In this document: positions 17,396-26,568 of the stretch, piece by piece
How positions within the stretch are numbered: the stretch's first letter is position 1
Layout of the letters: each line of letters begins with the position of its first letter
Assembly: GCA_029261895.1 (NCBI GenBank)
Contig: JAJDAK010000011.1
Span: 3,424-67,423, forward strand
Direction: 5' to 3'
Length of the DNA: 64,000 nt
Source of the DNA: Deltaproteobacteria bacterium
GTDB lineage: Bacteria; Myxococcota_A; UBA9160; SZUA-336
Translations under genes and position numbers: made by a program
The notes under the pieces: model-generated
The model's database searches: none
Seen by the model: the letters and a program-made list of their open reading frames with translations, nothing else
Told to the model about the DNA's origin: nothing

Positions 17396-17473
17396 ATGTC
17401 CCTACCATACCTTTCAACGTTACCCCATGTGAGCACCGTGTTCCGCTACTTCGGCCATAGCGACGGCCTCTAA
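17396..17473 (+). CDS. Candidate small ORF (25 aa, MSLPYLSTLPHVSTVFRYFGHSDGL) with a consensus Shine-Dalgarno sequence
   Basis: AAGGAG at 17386..17391 sits 4 nt before the ATG. The ORF is below the ORF-track size cutoff. A strong hairpin follows 30 nt downstream. Confidence 0.3.
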   Translation: MSLPYLSTLPHVSTVFRYFGHSDGL

Positions 17474-17503
17474 CATATTGGCGTAACCCACAGCAGAACC
17501 TTG

Positions 17504-17551
17504 GTGGCACCGCTCCCTGTACTCTGGAGCGGTGCCACTTTGCTTCTATAT
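17504..17551 (+). terminator. Intrinsic-terminator-like hairpin: 13-bp GC-rich stem (gtggcaccgctcc / ggagcggtgccac), 9-nt loop, T-rich tail
   Basis: Read directly from the sequence. The tail is tttgcttctatat. It sits between the small ORF and the START-domain gene start at 17592. Confidence 0.4.
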
Positions 17552-17591
17552 GAGTCGCTGACGATCGGCGGGAGCGCTACGCTCAATCGCT

Positions 17592-18284
17592 ATGAAGCGA
17601 ATTGCCTGTTTGATCGGTGCGGCGTATTTCCTATCGTCTGCCGCTGCGGCCGAATCACTCCGCGTTACCGAGCCACTCTCGATTACCGAACAAGACTGGG
17701 AATTCGTTGCCAAGAAGAACGGCATCGTGGTTTCCCAGCGACTCCACCCTGATGGTTTTCCCATCTTCCGTGGCGTCACGACCCTCGATGCGAGTCCGTG
17801 TGCATTGCTCGCTGTGATGCACGATGTCCCGCGTCATACCGAGTGGATGGAGCGATGTGCTGAGTCCAAGACGTTGAAGGTCGAATCGAAGTATCGTCGA
17901 ATCGTTTACAACCGGACCGACCTGCCCTGGCCTGCTGCCGATCGCGACACTGTGACACGTTCAATCGTGCGTGTGATCAAAACCGCGAGCACGATCGACC
18001 TTGAGTTTAAAGCGATACCAGACGTTCTAGATCCAATCGAAGATGTGGTTCGCATGCCCCGCCTTGAGGGGCGGTATCAGCTTCGTTCGACCGATCGGGG
18101 AACCGAAGTTACATATCAGGTTGCGGCGCATCCGGGTGGCCGTATTCCGGGCTGGCTCGTCAATCAGATCGTGCGGTCGATGCCGATCAAGACGCTAAGC
18201 CGACTGCCGGAGCAGGAAGCGAAACATCATGAGACCTATCAGTCATTTCGCGAGGAGTGTCAGGCCTGGCCTGCAACCAAGTAA
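17592..18284 (+). CDS. Secreted START/SRPBCC lipid-binding domain protein
   Basis: 230 aa. N-terminal signal peptide MKRIACLIGAAYFLSSAAAA. The START-like block is DVPRHTEWMERCAESKTLKV...RSIVRV. Confidence 0.6.
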   Translation: MKRIACLIGAAYFLSSAAAAESLRVTEPLSITEQDWEFVAKKNGIVVSQRLHPDGFPIFRGVTTLDASPCALLAVMHDVPRHTEWMERCAESKTLKVESKYRRIVYNRTDLPWPAADRDTVTRSIVRVIKTASTIDLEFKAIPDVLDPIEDVVRMPRLEGRYQLRSTDRGTEVTYQVAAHPGGRIPGWLVNQIVRSMPIKTLSRLPEQEAKHHETYQSFREECQAWPATK

Positions 18285-19924
18285 CCATGGCCATCAATCG
18301 TCACAGCGTCGGTGGCGAGGCGCTTTTCCGCGGCTGCACGCAGGGGACCCAGTTGAACCTTCTCCGTACCTGTGAGTTCGAGTTCCCCGGGTTCAAAGAA
18401 GAGCACGGCTTTCGGAACCTTGTATGCCGCAAGTTTACTGCGTAAAAACTCGCGCAGCTCCGCCTCTTGAATCGATGAACCTTCCACACGTACGACGCAG
18501 AGAACTACCGCTTCTCCAAGCGTCGGATGCGGAACGCCGACCGACCTACCGAGTCGAACATCGGGATGCATTTCAATATGCCCATCAATCTCGACCGGCG
18601 ATACATTCGCACCCCCGGTCTTGATCAAGCTTGAAAGTCGCCCGGTCCAATGCAGATAACCCTCCGCGTCCAGCCAACCACCGTCTTGCGTGTGGAAGTA
18701 ACCGTTCGCGTCGAAAGTTTCTTCGGGCGGCACTTTGTAATAACCACTCATCAGGGTGACGCCGCGTATGACGATCTCGCCCGTCTGCCCCGGCGATAGA
18801 ATCTCTCCGCTCTCCGCATCCATGATCCGCAGCTCCACACCCGGCAGTGGCCGGCCATGCGTCTTCTTCCGCAGTTCGAGCGCGGCATCGGCCGGGATCG
18901 AACTTGCGATCGTGAAGCTTTCGCTACAGCCATACGAACCCTCGGGATCCCAAAGGTCTTCCGTGAGCCCCGCGAACTTCGCCAACGGGTTGCTGAATTT
19001 AACCTTCTGAAGCGCGGATAAATCTCGCGTGGCCGCTGTGGGATGTTCACCAAGCTGCTTCTCCTGATGCGGCCAGGCATGTAGCGTCGTGACAGCTTCG
19101 CTTTCGATCAGATCGAGGGCCGCACCCGCTTCAAAAACCTCCTGCAAAACCAGGCATGCGCCCGCGGCGAACGTCGCACCCAAAGACATCGCGATCCCGG
19201 CTGTCCAGAAAAATGGTTGCGCAGTCCACACAACATCATCGGGTGCCAAGCGCATCTGCTCGGCGAAACGCCAGCTCTGAATCACCGGGGTACGCTGTCG
19301 ATGCATCACGCCCTTCGGCATGGCGGTGGTGCCTGAGGTGTAGATCAGCAGCGCTGGGTCGGTGGGCTTAACTTCAAGCATCACACTCTCGAGAAATTCA
19401 TCCGATACTTCGTGCCCAAGCTGAAGAAACTCGCTCGGCTCATCCATGCATTGAACACGACGCAACATCGGCAAAGCATTGGTTCGAATTCGACCCGCCG
19501 GCGCTTTTCGAATCTCGGGATATTCTTCGACAAGCTCGTCGAGATATTGATGTTTCAACAACTGTGATTGCAGCAGCAGCACTTCCGCGTCGCTATGCCG
19601 CAGAATATGATTCCGTTCCTCGCGATTCGCGAACGTATTCACCGGGACGATGACCGCTCCGATCATCCCGGCACCCAGCATATTGAAAACCCACTCTGGG
19701 CGGTTTCCAAAGAGCAGCGCGACGTGCTGCCCCTTGCCGACACCGGCGGCGAGCAGCGCTTTGGCGCGCTGTCGTGCTTCCCATTCTAAATCACGGTAGG
19801 TCCAGACACGATCTTCGAAGCGAATGCAGGCGCGATCCGCGTGGTGACCCGAAATGCGACGCAGAAACTGACCGAGTGTGAGTTCCGCTTCCGCTTGCCC
19901 CACCCACGCATCGGAAGCTTGCAT
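18260..19924 (-). CDS. AMP-dependent acyl-CoA synthetase/ligase
   Basis: 554 aa. AMP-binding motif LIYTSGTTAMPKGV. Confidence 0.85.
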   Translation of the reverse strand: MQASDAWVGQAEAELTLGQFLRRISGHHADRACIRFEDRVWTYRDLEWEARQRAKALLAAGVGKGQHVALLFGNRPEWVFNMLGAGMIGAVIVPVNTFANREERNHILRHSDAEVLLLQSQLLKHQYLDELVEEYPEIRKAPAGRIRTNALPMLRRVQCMDEPSEFLQLGHEVSDEFLESVMLEVKPTDPALLIYTSGTTAMPKGVMHRQRTPVIQSWRFAEQMRLAPDDVVWTAQPFFWTAGIAMSLGATFAAGACLVLQEVFEAGAALDLIESEAVTTLHAWPHQEKQLGEHPTAATRDLSALQKVKFSNPLAKFAGLTEDLWDPEGSYGCSESFTIASSIPADAALELRKKTHGRPLPGVELRIMDAESGEILSPGQTGEIVIRGVTLMSGYYKVPPEETFDANGYFHTQDGGWLDAEGYLHWTGRLSSLIKTGGANVSPVEIDGHIEMHPDVRLGRSVGVPHPTLGEAVVLCVVRVEGSSIQEAELREFLRSKLAAYKVPKAVLFFEPGELELTGTEKVQLGPLRAAAEKRLATDAVTIDGHGYLVAGQA

Positions 19925-19928
19925 CAGC

Positions 19929-21083
19929 TCAACCCGCCGGAAGCATGACCTCGGCTGCCCCGATTGCCATCAGATTGTCGTCCTGATTCGTCATTCTGAT
20001 TTGTAAGGTCGCGATCGGGCTTCCCGACGGATCATCGTAGTTGAGATTGGAGACCTCGCCATCGATGTACGTCACATCGCCCGTCAGCGCGGGTGCGCGG
20101 AACTTCATATCCGAGTGCACGACGAATCCCCACTCGCCCGCCCAATTGGTCAGGTAGTCGACGATCCACGCCCCCATGGATGCGCCGTAGCCGTAGCCGC
20201 GTGGCATGCCAATCAATTGCGCGTACTTCGGCTGCACGTGTCCGCGGGATGGCCCTTTGTAAAGACCGTCATTATGCGACGGGTCAACGGCCGCGCCTTC
20301 ATCGTCGCGAGACATCTCAGGCAACCAACCGGCCTCATAGGTCGAGGACCGACCTTCGTCGTAACTCGCGCCCCAAACCGTCATTAGATACGACCGCCAC
20401 TCGGTTGTGAATGTCATAAGCGAATGCGGACCGATCACGCGCCGCGGAAGTTTGTCGCCGACTTGAACAAAGAGCCGCTTTTCATGACCCAGATCAAGAA
20501 AGCTTCGGTAATACTCCAGCTTCTGACGCTCGACTTCTTCAAGTTCCTCGTCGGTCCACTGTTTCTCTTGCTGGTCTTCGAACGAGGCTCGCTTGCGAGC
20601 TTCCTCGGCCAGGTAGCGAATCGAGGTCGAGCGCTGCTTGCACACGACCTCGCCCGTTTGACCGATGTATGTGGTATCGCCACGCGAAAACATCGTGGGT
20701 CCGGCGAATTTCGTATCTTTGACTGAATAGTCAAAAAGCATCCGCTCGGAACGAATTTTATCGCCGGGCCGAATTCGTGGACCAAAGAACCACCACTCAT
20801 CGCCGCCAAAGAGCATATGCGTGCCGGGGATATTGCCTTGAATCGCCGGAACCGCGCCGTGTCCGACCGTGGTGCAAACTGCAAACGACTGCGGCGCGAC
20901 GAGTTCGCCGAAGTGACCTTCCGCTGCAAATCTCTCGTCGTAGAAGAGCGGATTGGGATTTTGCATTCCCTGCGCCCAGCGTCGGATATCGTTGACGTGA
21001 ATCGGGTCTTTGAACTGGCCGCCACCGATCGGCACGCCCACCCACCGATCAACGTCGCTTGTATCGAACGGGATCTCACTCAT
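19929..21083 (-). CDS. MaoC-like (R)-specific enoyl-CoA hydratase, double hotdog fold
   Basis: 384 aa. Sits between an acyl-CoA ligase and an amidohydrolase. The two hotdog-like halves resemble ChsH-type hydratases. Confidence 0.6.
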   Translation of the reverse strand: MSEIPFDTSDVDRWVGVPIGGGQFKDPIHVNDIRRWAQGMQNPNPLFYDERFAAEGHFGELVAPQSFAVCTTVGHGAVPAIQGNIPGTHMLFGGDEWWFFGPRIRPGDKIRSERMLFDYSVKDTKFAGPTMFSRGDTTYIGQTGEVVCKQRSTSIRYLAEEARKRASFEDQQEKQWTDEELEEVERQKLEYYRSFLDLGHEKRLFVQVGDKLPRRVIGPHSLMTFTTEWRSYLMTVWGASYDEGRSSTYEAGWLPEMSRDDEGAAVDPSHNDGLYKGPSRGHVQPKYAQLIGMPRGYGYGASMGAWIVDYLTNWAGEWGFVVHSDMKFRAPALTGDVTYIDGEVSNLNYDDPSGSPIATLQIRMTNQDDNLMAIGAAEVMLPAG

Positions 21084-22198
21084 TGGTCAAGACCATAGAT
21101 GCGCTTCACGTTGCCACAGATAATCAGTTCCTTTTCGTCTTGGGGAACATTCTGAAAGAGTTCCCCGATCACTTTGCGGCTGTACGGCCAATCGCAACCG
21201 TGGTGAGGAAAGTCCGTCGACCACGCCATATTGCGAACGCCGACGTCATAGCGATTGCGAATACCGACATGATCGCTCAGAAACGTACACATGAAGTGTC
21301 GATGGAAGTAGTCGCTCGGCAGGCCGCGAATGGTGAGCCCGGTATGGGTTCGGTTGCGCCAATAGAAATTGTCGAGCTGCTCGAGCGCGGTCGGAATCCA
21401 GCCGATATCGACCTCAACACCGCAGATGAAGGCGTTCGGCACGCGATCAAAGAGACCTGAGGTAATCAGCTCGGCCATGATGGGCGGGAAGTTCAACATC
21501 CCCGCCAACGCCATATTGCCAATCGCCGCATGTCCCTCGAGCGCACCCGTCGTGGTGCGACTGCGCTGAATATTGATATGAATGCTAACCGGCAAACCCA
21601 TCTCGGCAGCCGCGGCAAAAAAACGATCGTCTTCATTCGTGAGTTGGTCGCCACCCGCCGGCCACGCGGAGATGATGACGCCGCGCACACCTTTCACCTT
21701 GCAACGTTCCATTTCGGCGATCGCTTCGTCGACACCGAGGTTGGGCATCTGCGCCAGATGAAATAGCCGCTCCGGATCCGCGGCGCAGAACTCGTCCATC
21801 ATGAAATTGTTGTAGGCCTGAATGCCCGAACGATGAAACTCCGTGTCCTTGTTATGCATGTAGTAGTACATCGTGCGCTGACTCGGATAGAGAAACTCGG
21901 CGTCGATGCCATCGAAGTCCATGTCCTCCAATCGCGCTTTGGCCTCAAAGCATGACTGTCGAATCGATTCGTAGGTATTGCCCGACCACTTCATGTCCTC
22001 GTAACTCTGGCCAGCCGTCGTTACCAAACCAATCTTCATCGGCGGTCGACCGTCGTTGAACTGCCACGCATCACCGCCGGCTTCGTCTTTCACCAAGCGC
22101 GGGGCGTCGTCTCGAAACTTACTCGGTAGGTAGGTGTCCCAAATATGCTTGGGTTCGAGCACGTGACAATCGGCGTCGATGATTCTGTAATCCCGCAT
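21080..22198 (-). CDS. Amidohydrolase-2 family metal-dependent hydrolase
   Basis: 372 aa. Begins IIDADCHVLEP. The C-terminal WSTDFPHHGCDWP motif is typical of PF04909. Confidence 0.75.
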   Translation of the reverse strand: MRDYRIIDADCHVLEPKHIWDTYLPSKFRDDAPRLVKDEAGGDAWQFNDGRPPMKIGLVTTAGQSYEDMKWSGNTYESIRQSCFEAKARLEDMDFDGIDAEFLYPSQRTMYYYMHNKDTEFHRSGIQAYNNFMMDEFCAADPERLFHLAQMPNLGVDEAIAEMERCKVKGVRGVIISAWPAGGDQLTNEDDRFFAAAAEMGLPVSIHINIQRSRTTTGALEGHAAIGNMALAGMLNFPPIMAELITSGLFDRVPNAFICGVEVDIGWIPTALEQLDNFYWRNRTHTGLTIRGLPSDYFHRHFMCTFLSDHVGIRNRYDVGVRNMAWSTDFPHHGCDWPYSRKVIGELFQNVPQDEKELIICGNVKRIYGLDQ

Positions 22199-22296
22199 GA
22201 GGCCTCCTCGGATGCAAAATCTGACGGTCTGTCAGATTCTACTTTATATCCCCGATCTGGCCGAAAATCAAGCGATTCCTATGCTAGCGTGGCGCT

Positions 22297-22734
22297 GTGC
22301 CCATCGATGCCATCAGCCATATCGGGATCTGTGTATCCGACCTCGAAAGGTCTCTCACCTTCTACTGCGACCGGCTCGGCTTTCGCGAAGTCGCGGATCT
22401 CGAAATTGCGGGCGCCCAAGCCGAGCGCTTGCTGCAACTATCGAACGTGAAGCTGAAAGCCGTTTACCTCGAACGCGACGGCACACGGATCGAGCTGCTG
22501 AGTTTTGATCAACCCGGCACGGTGGATGACGATGAGGGTCGGCGGCTCAATCGTTTGGGACTGACACATCTCAGTTTCGCCGTTCATGATCTCGATGCGC
22601 TGGTCACCGAACTCGAGCGCGAGGGCGTACGCGTGCTTCACGAAACCCGGATCGGTGATGCGGCCGTTATGGTCACCGATCCCGACGGCACACGAATCGA
22701 GCTCTATCATTCGGACCGCGTGCCTAAGTCGTAG
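22297..22734 (+). CDS. VOC/glyoxalase-family protein
   Basis: 145 aa. ISHIGICVSDLERSLTFY and THLSFAV blocks. Confidence 0.7.
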   Translation: MPIDAISHIGICVSDLERSLTFYCDRLGFREVADLEIAGAQAERLLQLSNVKLKAVYLERDGTRIELLSFDQPGTVDDDEGRRLNRLGLTHLSFAVHDLDALVTELEREGVRVLHETRIGDAAVMVTDPDGTRIELYHSDRVPKS

Positions 22735-23845
22735 CGTTTAATCCGAGGCCGTGGCGCGCGATCACGCCGCGCATCATTTCCGATGTACCGCCACCGATGG
22801 TTTCCCAAATACTTTGACGCCACAGTAGTTCGACTGTGCCACCAGCGGCAATGAGCTCGGCTCCCCCGATTTCCTGTGCAAAACGTGCGATGTTTTGACA
22901 GCTAGTGGTCCAGGCGAGTTTGTTGCGCGCGGCTTCAATCGTGGAATTCCGTCCCGCCTCGACGGCGGCGACCACCGAGAGTGCGTGCATCTCAACCTCT
23001 CGAACCTCGACCACAAGCTCTGCCAGCCTTCTCCGTACGAAGTCATCGTCCGTGAGCTGGAGCCGACCCGCAAACGCGATCACGTCTTCGAGATCGCGGC
23101 GCAGACGCTTCGGCGGAAACTGCACGTGACGTTCGGCCGCCAGCGCATCTGCCATCAGTTTCCACGCCCCGTCCTCGGGCCCGACGCGATTGGCCGCGGG
23201 AACCTCGACACCATCGAGTCTGATTTCATTGAGTTGCTCGCCATCCATCAAGGGCAGCGGTTGGATCGATACACCCGCAGCGTGGAGATCGACGATGAAG
23301 AGGCTGAGTCCACGACCTCGGCTCTCTTGCGTGCCGGTTCGCGCCAAGAGCCAGAGGTAATCGGCGTCCTGTGCATACGAAGTCCAACATTTCTCGCCAT
23401 GCATCACGTAGGAGTCGCCTGTCTTTTCCGCGCGGGTACGCACCGAGGCAAGGTCCGACCCTGCCTCGGGTTCCGAATACCCGAGTGAAAAATGCATCTC
23501 ACCCGAGGCAATGCTCGGTAGAAAACGCGCACGTTGTTCGTCGCTGCCATGCTGGATCAATGTCTTCGCGACGATGCCAGGTGCGAGCGGCGGTCGTGCC
23601 GCACGCGTGTATGCCATCTCGTCCCAAAGAATAAATTCAAAACTCGCGGGGCGGTCCAGTCCACCCACCGCCTCTGGCCACGATAGCGAGAGCCAGCCTT
23701 TTCTCCCCATGGCCTCAAAGAGCGCCCGCACTTCCGGCCATCGCCGATCCTGATACAGGAATCCGTTAAGCTCGCGATAGTCGGCTAAGAACTCCCGCAC
23801 TTCGGCACGAAAGCGTTCTGCATCGTCGGGAAACCTAAAGTTCAT
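22724..23845 (-). CDS. Acyl-CoA dehydrogenase
   Basis: ORF track 22724..23968. The ATG at 23845 forms an ATGA overlap with the upstream crotonase stop. Sequence: MNFRFPDDAERFRAEVREF...SLGYSEPEAGSDLASV. Confidence 0.8.
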   Translation of the reverse strand: MNFRFPDDAERFRAEVREFLADYRELNGFLYQDRRWPEVRALFEAMGRKGWLSLSWPEAVGGLDRPASFEFILWDEMAYTRAARPPLAPGIVAKTLIQHGSDEQRARFLPSIASGEMHFSLGYSEPEAGSDLASVRTRAEKTGDSYVMHGEKCWTSYAQDADYLWLLARTGTQESRGRGLSLFIVDLHAAGVSIQPLPLMDGEQLNEIRLDGVEVPAANRVGPEDGAWKLMADALAAERHVQFPPKRLRRDLEDVIAFAGRLQLTDDDFVRRRLAELVVEVREVEMHALSVVAAVEAGRNSTIEAARNKLAWTTSCQNIARFAQEIGGAELIAAGGTVELLWRQSIWETIGGGTSEMMRGVIARHGLGLNATT

Positions 23846-24711
23846 ACGTCGGACTCGGTGTTCCGCGCATTCGGATCTGGATTCCACTTGGGTTTGCGTT
23901 TTTCCGCGAACGCACACGGCCCTTCCTTGAAGTCTGGGTGTGCCCAGTGCAGGCGAAGCAACGCCCATGCATGCTCGAGCGCGTCTTGGTAGCTGCGCTC
24001 AAGAGAACCCCAAACGGCCTGCTGTGAAAGTGACATCGCCTGTGGGGAATTCTCCAGCATCGCTCGCGCCATTTCCTCCGCGGTTTTGAGCAGTGCATCG
24101 GCAGGAACCAATTCATCCACCAAGCCGAGTTCATAAGCGCGTTTAGCGGGCATCCGATAGTGACGACCCATCAAAGTCATTCTCAGCGCGGAACCCAGCG
24201 GTAGACGTTTCGCGAGACCCACATTCTCAAGCGCACCCACCATTCCCACATTCACGTGCGTATCCATGAACGCGGCGTTCTCGGTTGCGATCACGATATC
24301 TGCGTCGACAACGAAATGAAGACCGGCACCTACCGCGAGTCCGTTGACGGCACAAATCGTCGGCTTCCAGACATCGTTATGTCGCGGTGACCAGAATACG
24401 TCCTCTTTGAACGGTAGATTGTTTGCGACGGCTCCCGATTCATCGATCGACGTAACGTCGAAGCCCGTCGAAAAATGTCGCTCACCCGCCGCGGTCACGA
24501 TTGAGACGCGGACGTCGCCGTCCTCACGCACATCCCGCCAAATCGCACGAAAGATCTGCTCCATCCTCTTCGTGAGTGAATTACCCTTGTCCGGACGGTT
24601 GATGGTGATGAACGCGATTCCATCCCGTTTCTCGTAGAGAATTCCATCGAGTGGGGCCTCGAGGTCAATATCCTCGTATCGAAATTTCACCATGGATGAT
24701 TCTCCCTTCAA
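23842..24711 (-). CDS. Enoyl-CoA hydratase/isomerase (crotonase family)
   Basis: 289 aa. ...GIAFITINRPDKGNSL...AVNGLAVGAGLHFV. Confidence 0.85.
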   Translation of the reverse strand: MKGESSMVKFRYEDIDLEAPLDGILYEKRDGIAFITINRPDKGNSLTKRMEQIFRAIWRDVREDGDVRVSIVTAAGERHFSTGFDVTSIDESGAVANNLPFKEDVFWSPRHNDVWKPTICAVNGLAVGAGLHFVVDADIVIATENAAFMDTHVNVGMVGALENVGLAKRLPLGSALRMTLMGRHYRMPAKRAYELGLVDELVPADALLKTAEEMARAMLENSPQAMSLSQQAVWGSLERSYQDALEHAWALLRLHWAHPDFKEGPCAFAEKRKPKWNPDPNARNTESDV

Positions 24712-25637
24712 TCCGAGAACGACTCGAACGCGCGCGTAGCGGCGTTCGCATCGGCAATCGGTGCTGAAATCAACTCACGAATACGACGACCCTGTAGATA
24801 GACTGGCCCTTCGATCGTAATGCCGATCGCGCCAAAGACCTGATGGCAGGTGTAGAGCGTTTCGAGCGCGTTCTTGGCTGCAGATACGCGCGCGGTCGCA
24901 GCAACCGAGGAGGCTTGACCCGTCGCATCGAACTCGTCCGCCGCTGCACGCGCGAGCCATCGACTGGCATGCAGCGATGTGGAGCGGTCGGCCAAGGGAT
25001 AGCTCACGGCTTGAAACTCCCCGATCGCGCGGCCAAACTGCTGCCTTGTCCGCGCGTGTTCGACGGTGCGGGTCAGCAGCGAATCCGCCGCAGCACCCAA
25101 GTACGCCGCCATCGCAATATCGGTCAGTGTGCGCGCGCGCCCAAGACCTGTGAGCTCTCGCTGCCGTGTGACGTCACCTTCAAACCAATCCCCGAGCGCG
25201 GTATTCAAGACGCGCGGCGGGGTGGCGAACTCCACCTGCCACGCGCGCTCGTCGTCGAGCTCAATAAAAACGCCGGCAAGATCCGCCCAGGGGAATAAGC
25301 CTCGCGCACCGACAGTGACCATCCGCTCCCCACTTACAATCGCCTCTACGGTTTCCGGCAGCATGACCTGGCTCGCGTAAACCGTTTCCAGTAGTGGGCC
25401 CGGAAACAACGCACGGCCCAAGGATTCCATGACGGCAGCGAGCTCGATCGCGCCCGATCCGCTCTCGGGCATCATCACGCCGAGAACGCCCAAATCTGCG
25501 AGCGAACGCCAAAGATCATCCGGAAATTTTTCAAGCGCTGCGTGCAAGACCGCTTCATCGCAGTGATCACGGCAAAAGAGATCGATCGACTCTGCGATCG
25601 CCGATTGTGCGTCGTCGTATTCGAGATCCAGACTCAA
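24708..25637 (-). CDS. Acyl-CoA dehydrogenase-family protein, probable partner subunit of a heteromeric ACAD
   Basis: ORF track 24708..25658 (TTG start). I shortened it to the TTG at 25637 so that it does not overlap the upstream gene. The ACAD C-terminal fold includes QQFGRAIGEFQAV. Confidence 0.6.
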   Translation of the reverse strand: MSLDLEYDDAQSAIAESIDLFCRDHCDEAVLHAALEKFPDDLWRSLADLGVLGVMMPESGSGAIELAAVMESLGRALFPGPLLETVYASQVMLPETVEAIVSGERMVTVGARGLFPWADLAGVFIELDDERAWQVEFATPPRVLNTALGDWFEGDVTRQRELTGLGRARTLTDIAMAAYLGAAADSLLTRTVEHARTRQQFGRAIGEFQAVSYPLADRSTSLHASRWLARAAADEFDATGQASSVAATARVSAAKNALETLYTCHQVFGAIGITIEGPVYLQGRRIRELISAPIADANAATRAFESFSD

Positions 25638-26566
25638 GAAATGGCTCCCGCTTGCCAACGCGCCTTGCTCAATGCGAGGTGGTGCGCGCTGACTCCGCCC
25701 AATTCGAGTCGAAGTGCCTGCAGACGCATACTCCAGACATGCAAATCATGTTCGCGTGTATATCCGATGGCGCCGCTGAGTTGATGCGTTTCATTAAAGA
25801 CCTGGCTCGCGGCCAACATACTCTGCGCGGCGGCAGCCGCGACCGCTTCTTCAGGCGCGCCAAGCCAGGCGGCCTCATAGGTCAGCCACCGGCTGCCTTC
25901 TACCAATACGTGACAGTCGGCAAGGCGGTGCTGCACGGTCTGGAATGATCCGATCGCACGGCCGAACTGCTTGCGTGTCTTCAAATAATCCAACGTGCAC
26001 TGCAGAGCGCTCTGCATCGTGCCAACCGCTTCCGCCGCGATGCCCAGGCGCCACCATCGCCGAAGTTTGCTCCCACTGCCGATACCAAGACCTTCACCCC
26101 GAACGCTTTTCAGTCGACCCATCGGATACCCGAAATTCGACGGCACCGGCATCGCATCACCCGCATCAAGGGCCATCAGCTCGGCTTCTTCACCGCGATC
26201 CACGAGGACGGTCCGAGCTTGCGCGGCGAAGCGAATCGGTGCAGCTACATCGCCACTCGCCAGCGCGACGGGCGTACTGGGTTCGTGACGCAACACAGCC
26301 GGCACAACCAGCAGCGACGCCATCGAGGCAACGGTACCCGCCGCAGCTGCACAGGCTTCGACTACAAGTACGGCTTCGAGCGGCCCGGTTTCGCCGCCAT
26401 TCATAAGCTCAGCGAAGCCCGCGCTGATGAGCGCTTCCTCTAGCTCGAAATCGTATTCGGTTTTTCGCGCCAACTCGATCGCGCGTTTGGCACCCGCGCG
26501 TCGCGCAAGCAGTGTCTGCACGGCTTCGAGGATCGCGCGCTGTTCATCGCCGAGTTCAAAATCCAT
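25634..26566 (-). CDS. Acyl-CoA dehydrogenase-family protein (short form)
   Basis: 310 aa. KQFGRAIGSFQTVQHRLAD. Confidence 0.7.
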   Translation of the reverse strand: MDFELGDEQRAILEAVQTLLARRAGAKRAIELARKTEYDFELEEALISAGFAELMNGGETGPLEAVLVVEACAAAAGTVASMASLLVVPAVLRHEPSTPVALASGDVAAPIRFAAQARTVLVDRGEEAELMALDAGDAMPVPSNFGYPMGRLKSVRGEGLGIGSGSKLRRWWRLGIAAEAVGTMQSALQCTLDYLKTRKQFGRAIGSFQTVQHRLADCHVLVEGSRWLTYEAAWLGAPEEAVAAAAAQSMLAASQVFNETHQLSGAIGYTREHDLHVWSMRLQALRLELGGVSAHHLALSKARWQAGAIS

Positions 26567-26568
26567 CG

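Noticed and set aside
17501-17752. 83-aa plus-strand ORF spanning the hairpin and the START gene start
   Set aside because: It overlaps a strong stem-loop and the well-supported START-domain gene in another frame.
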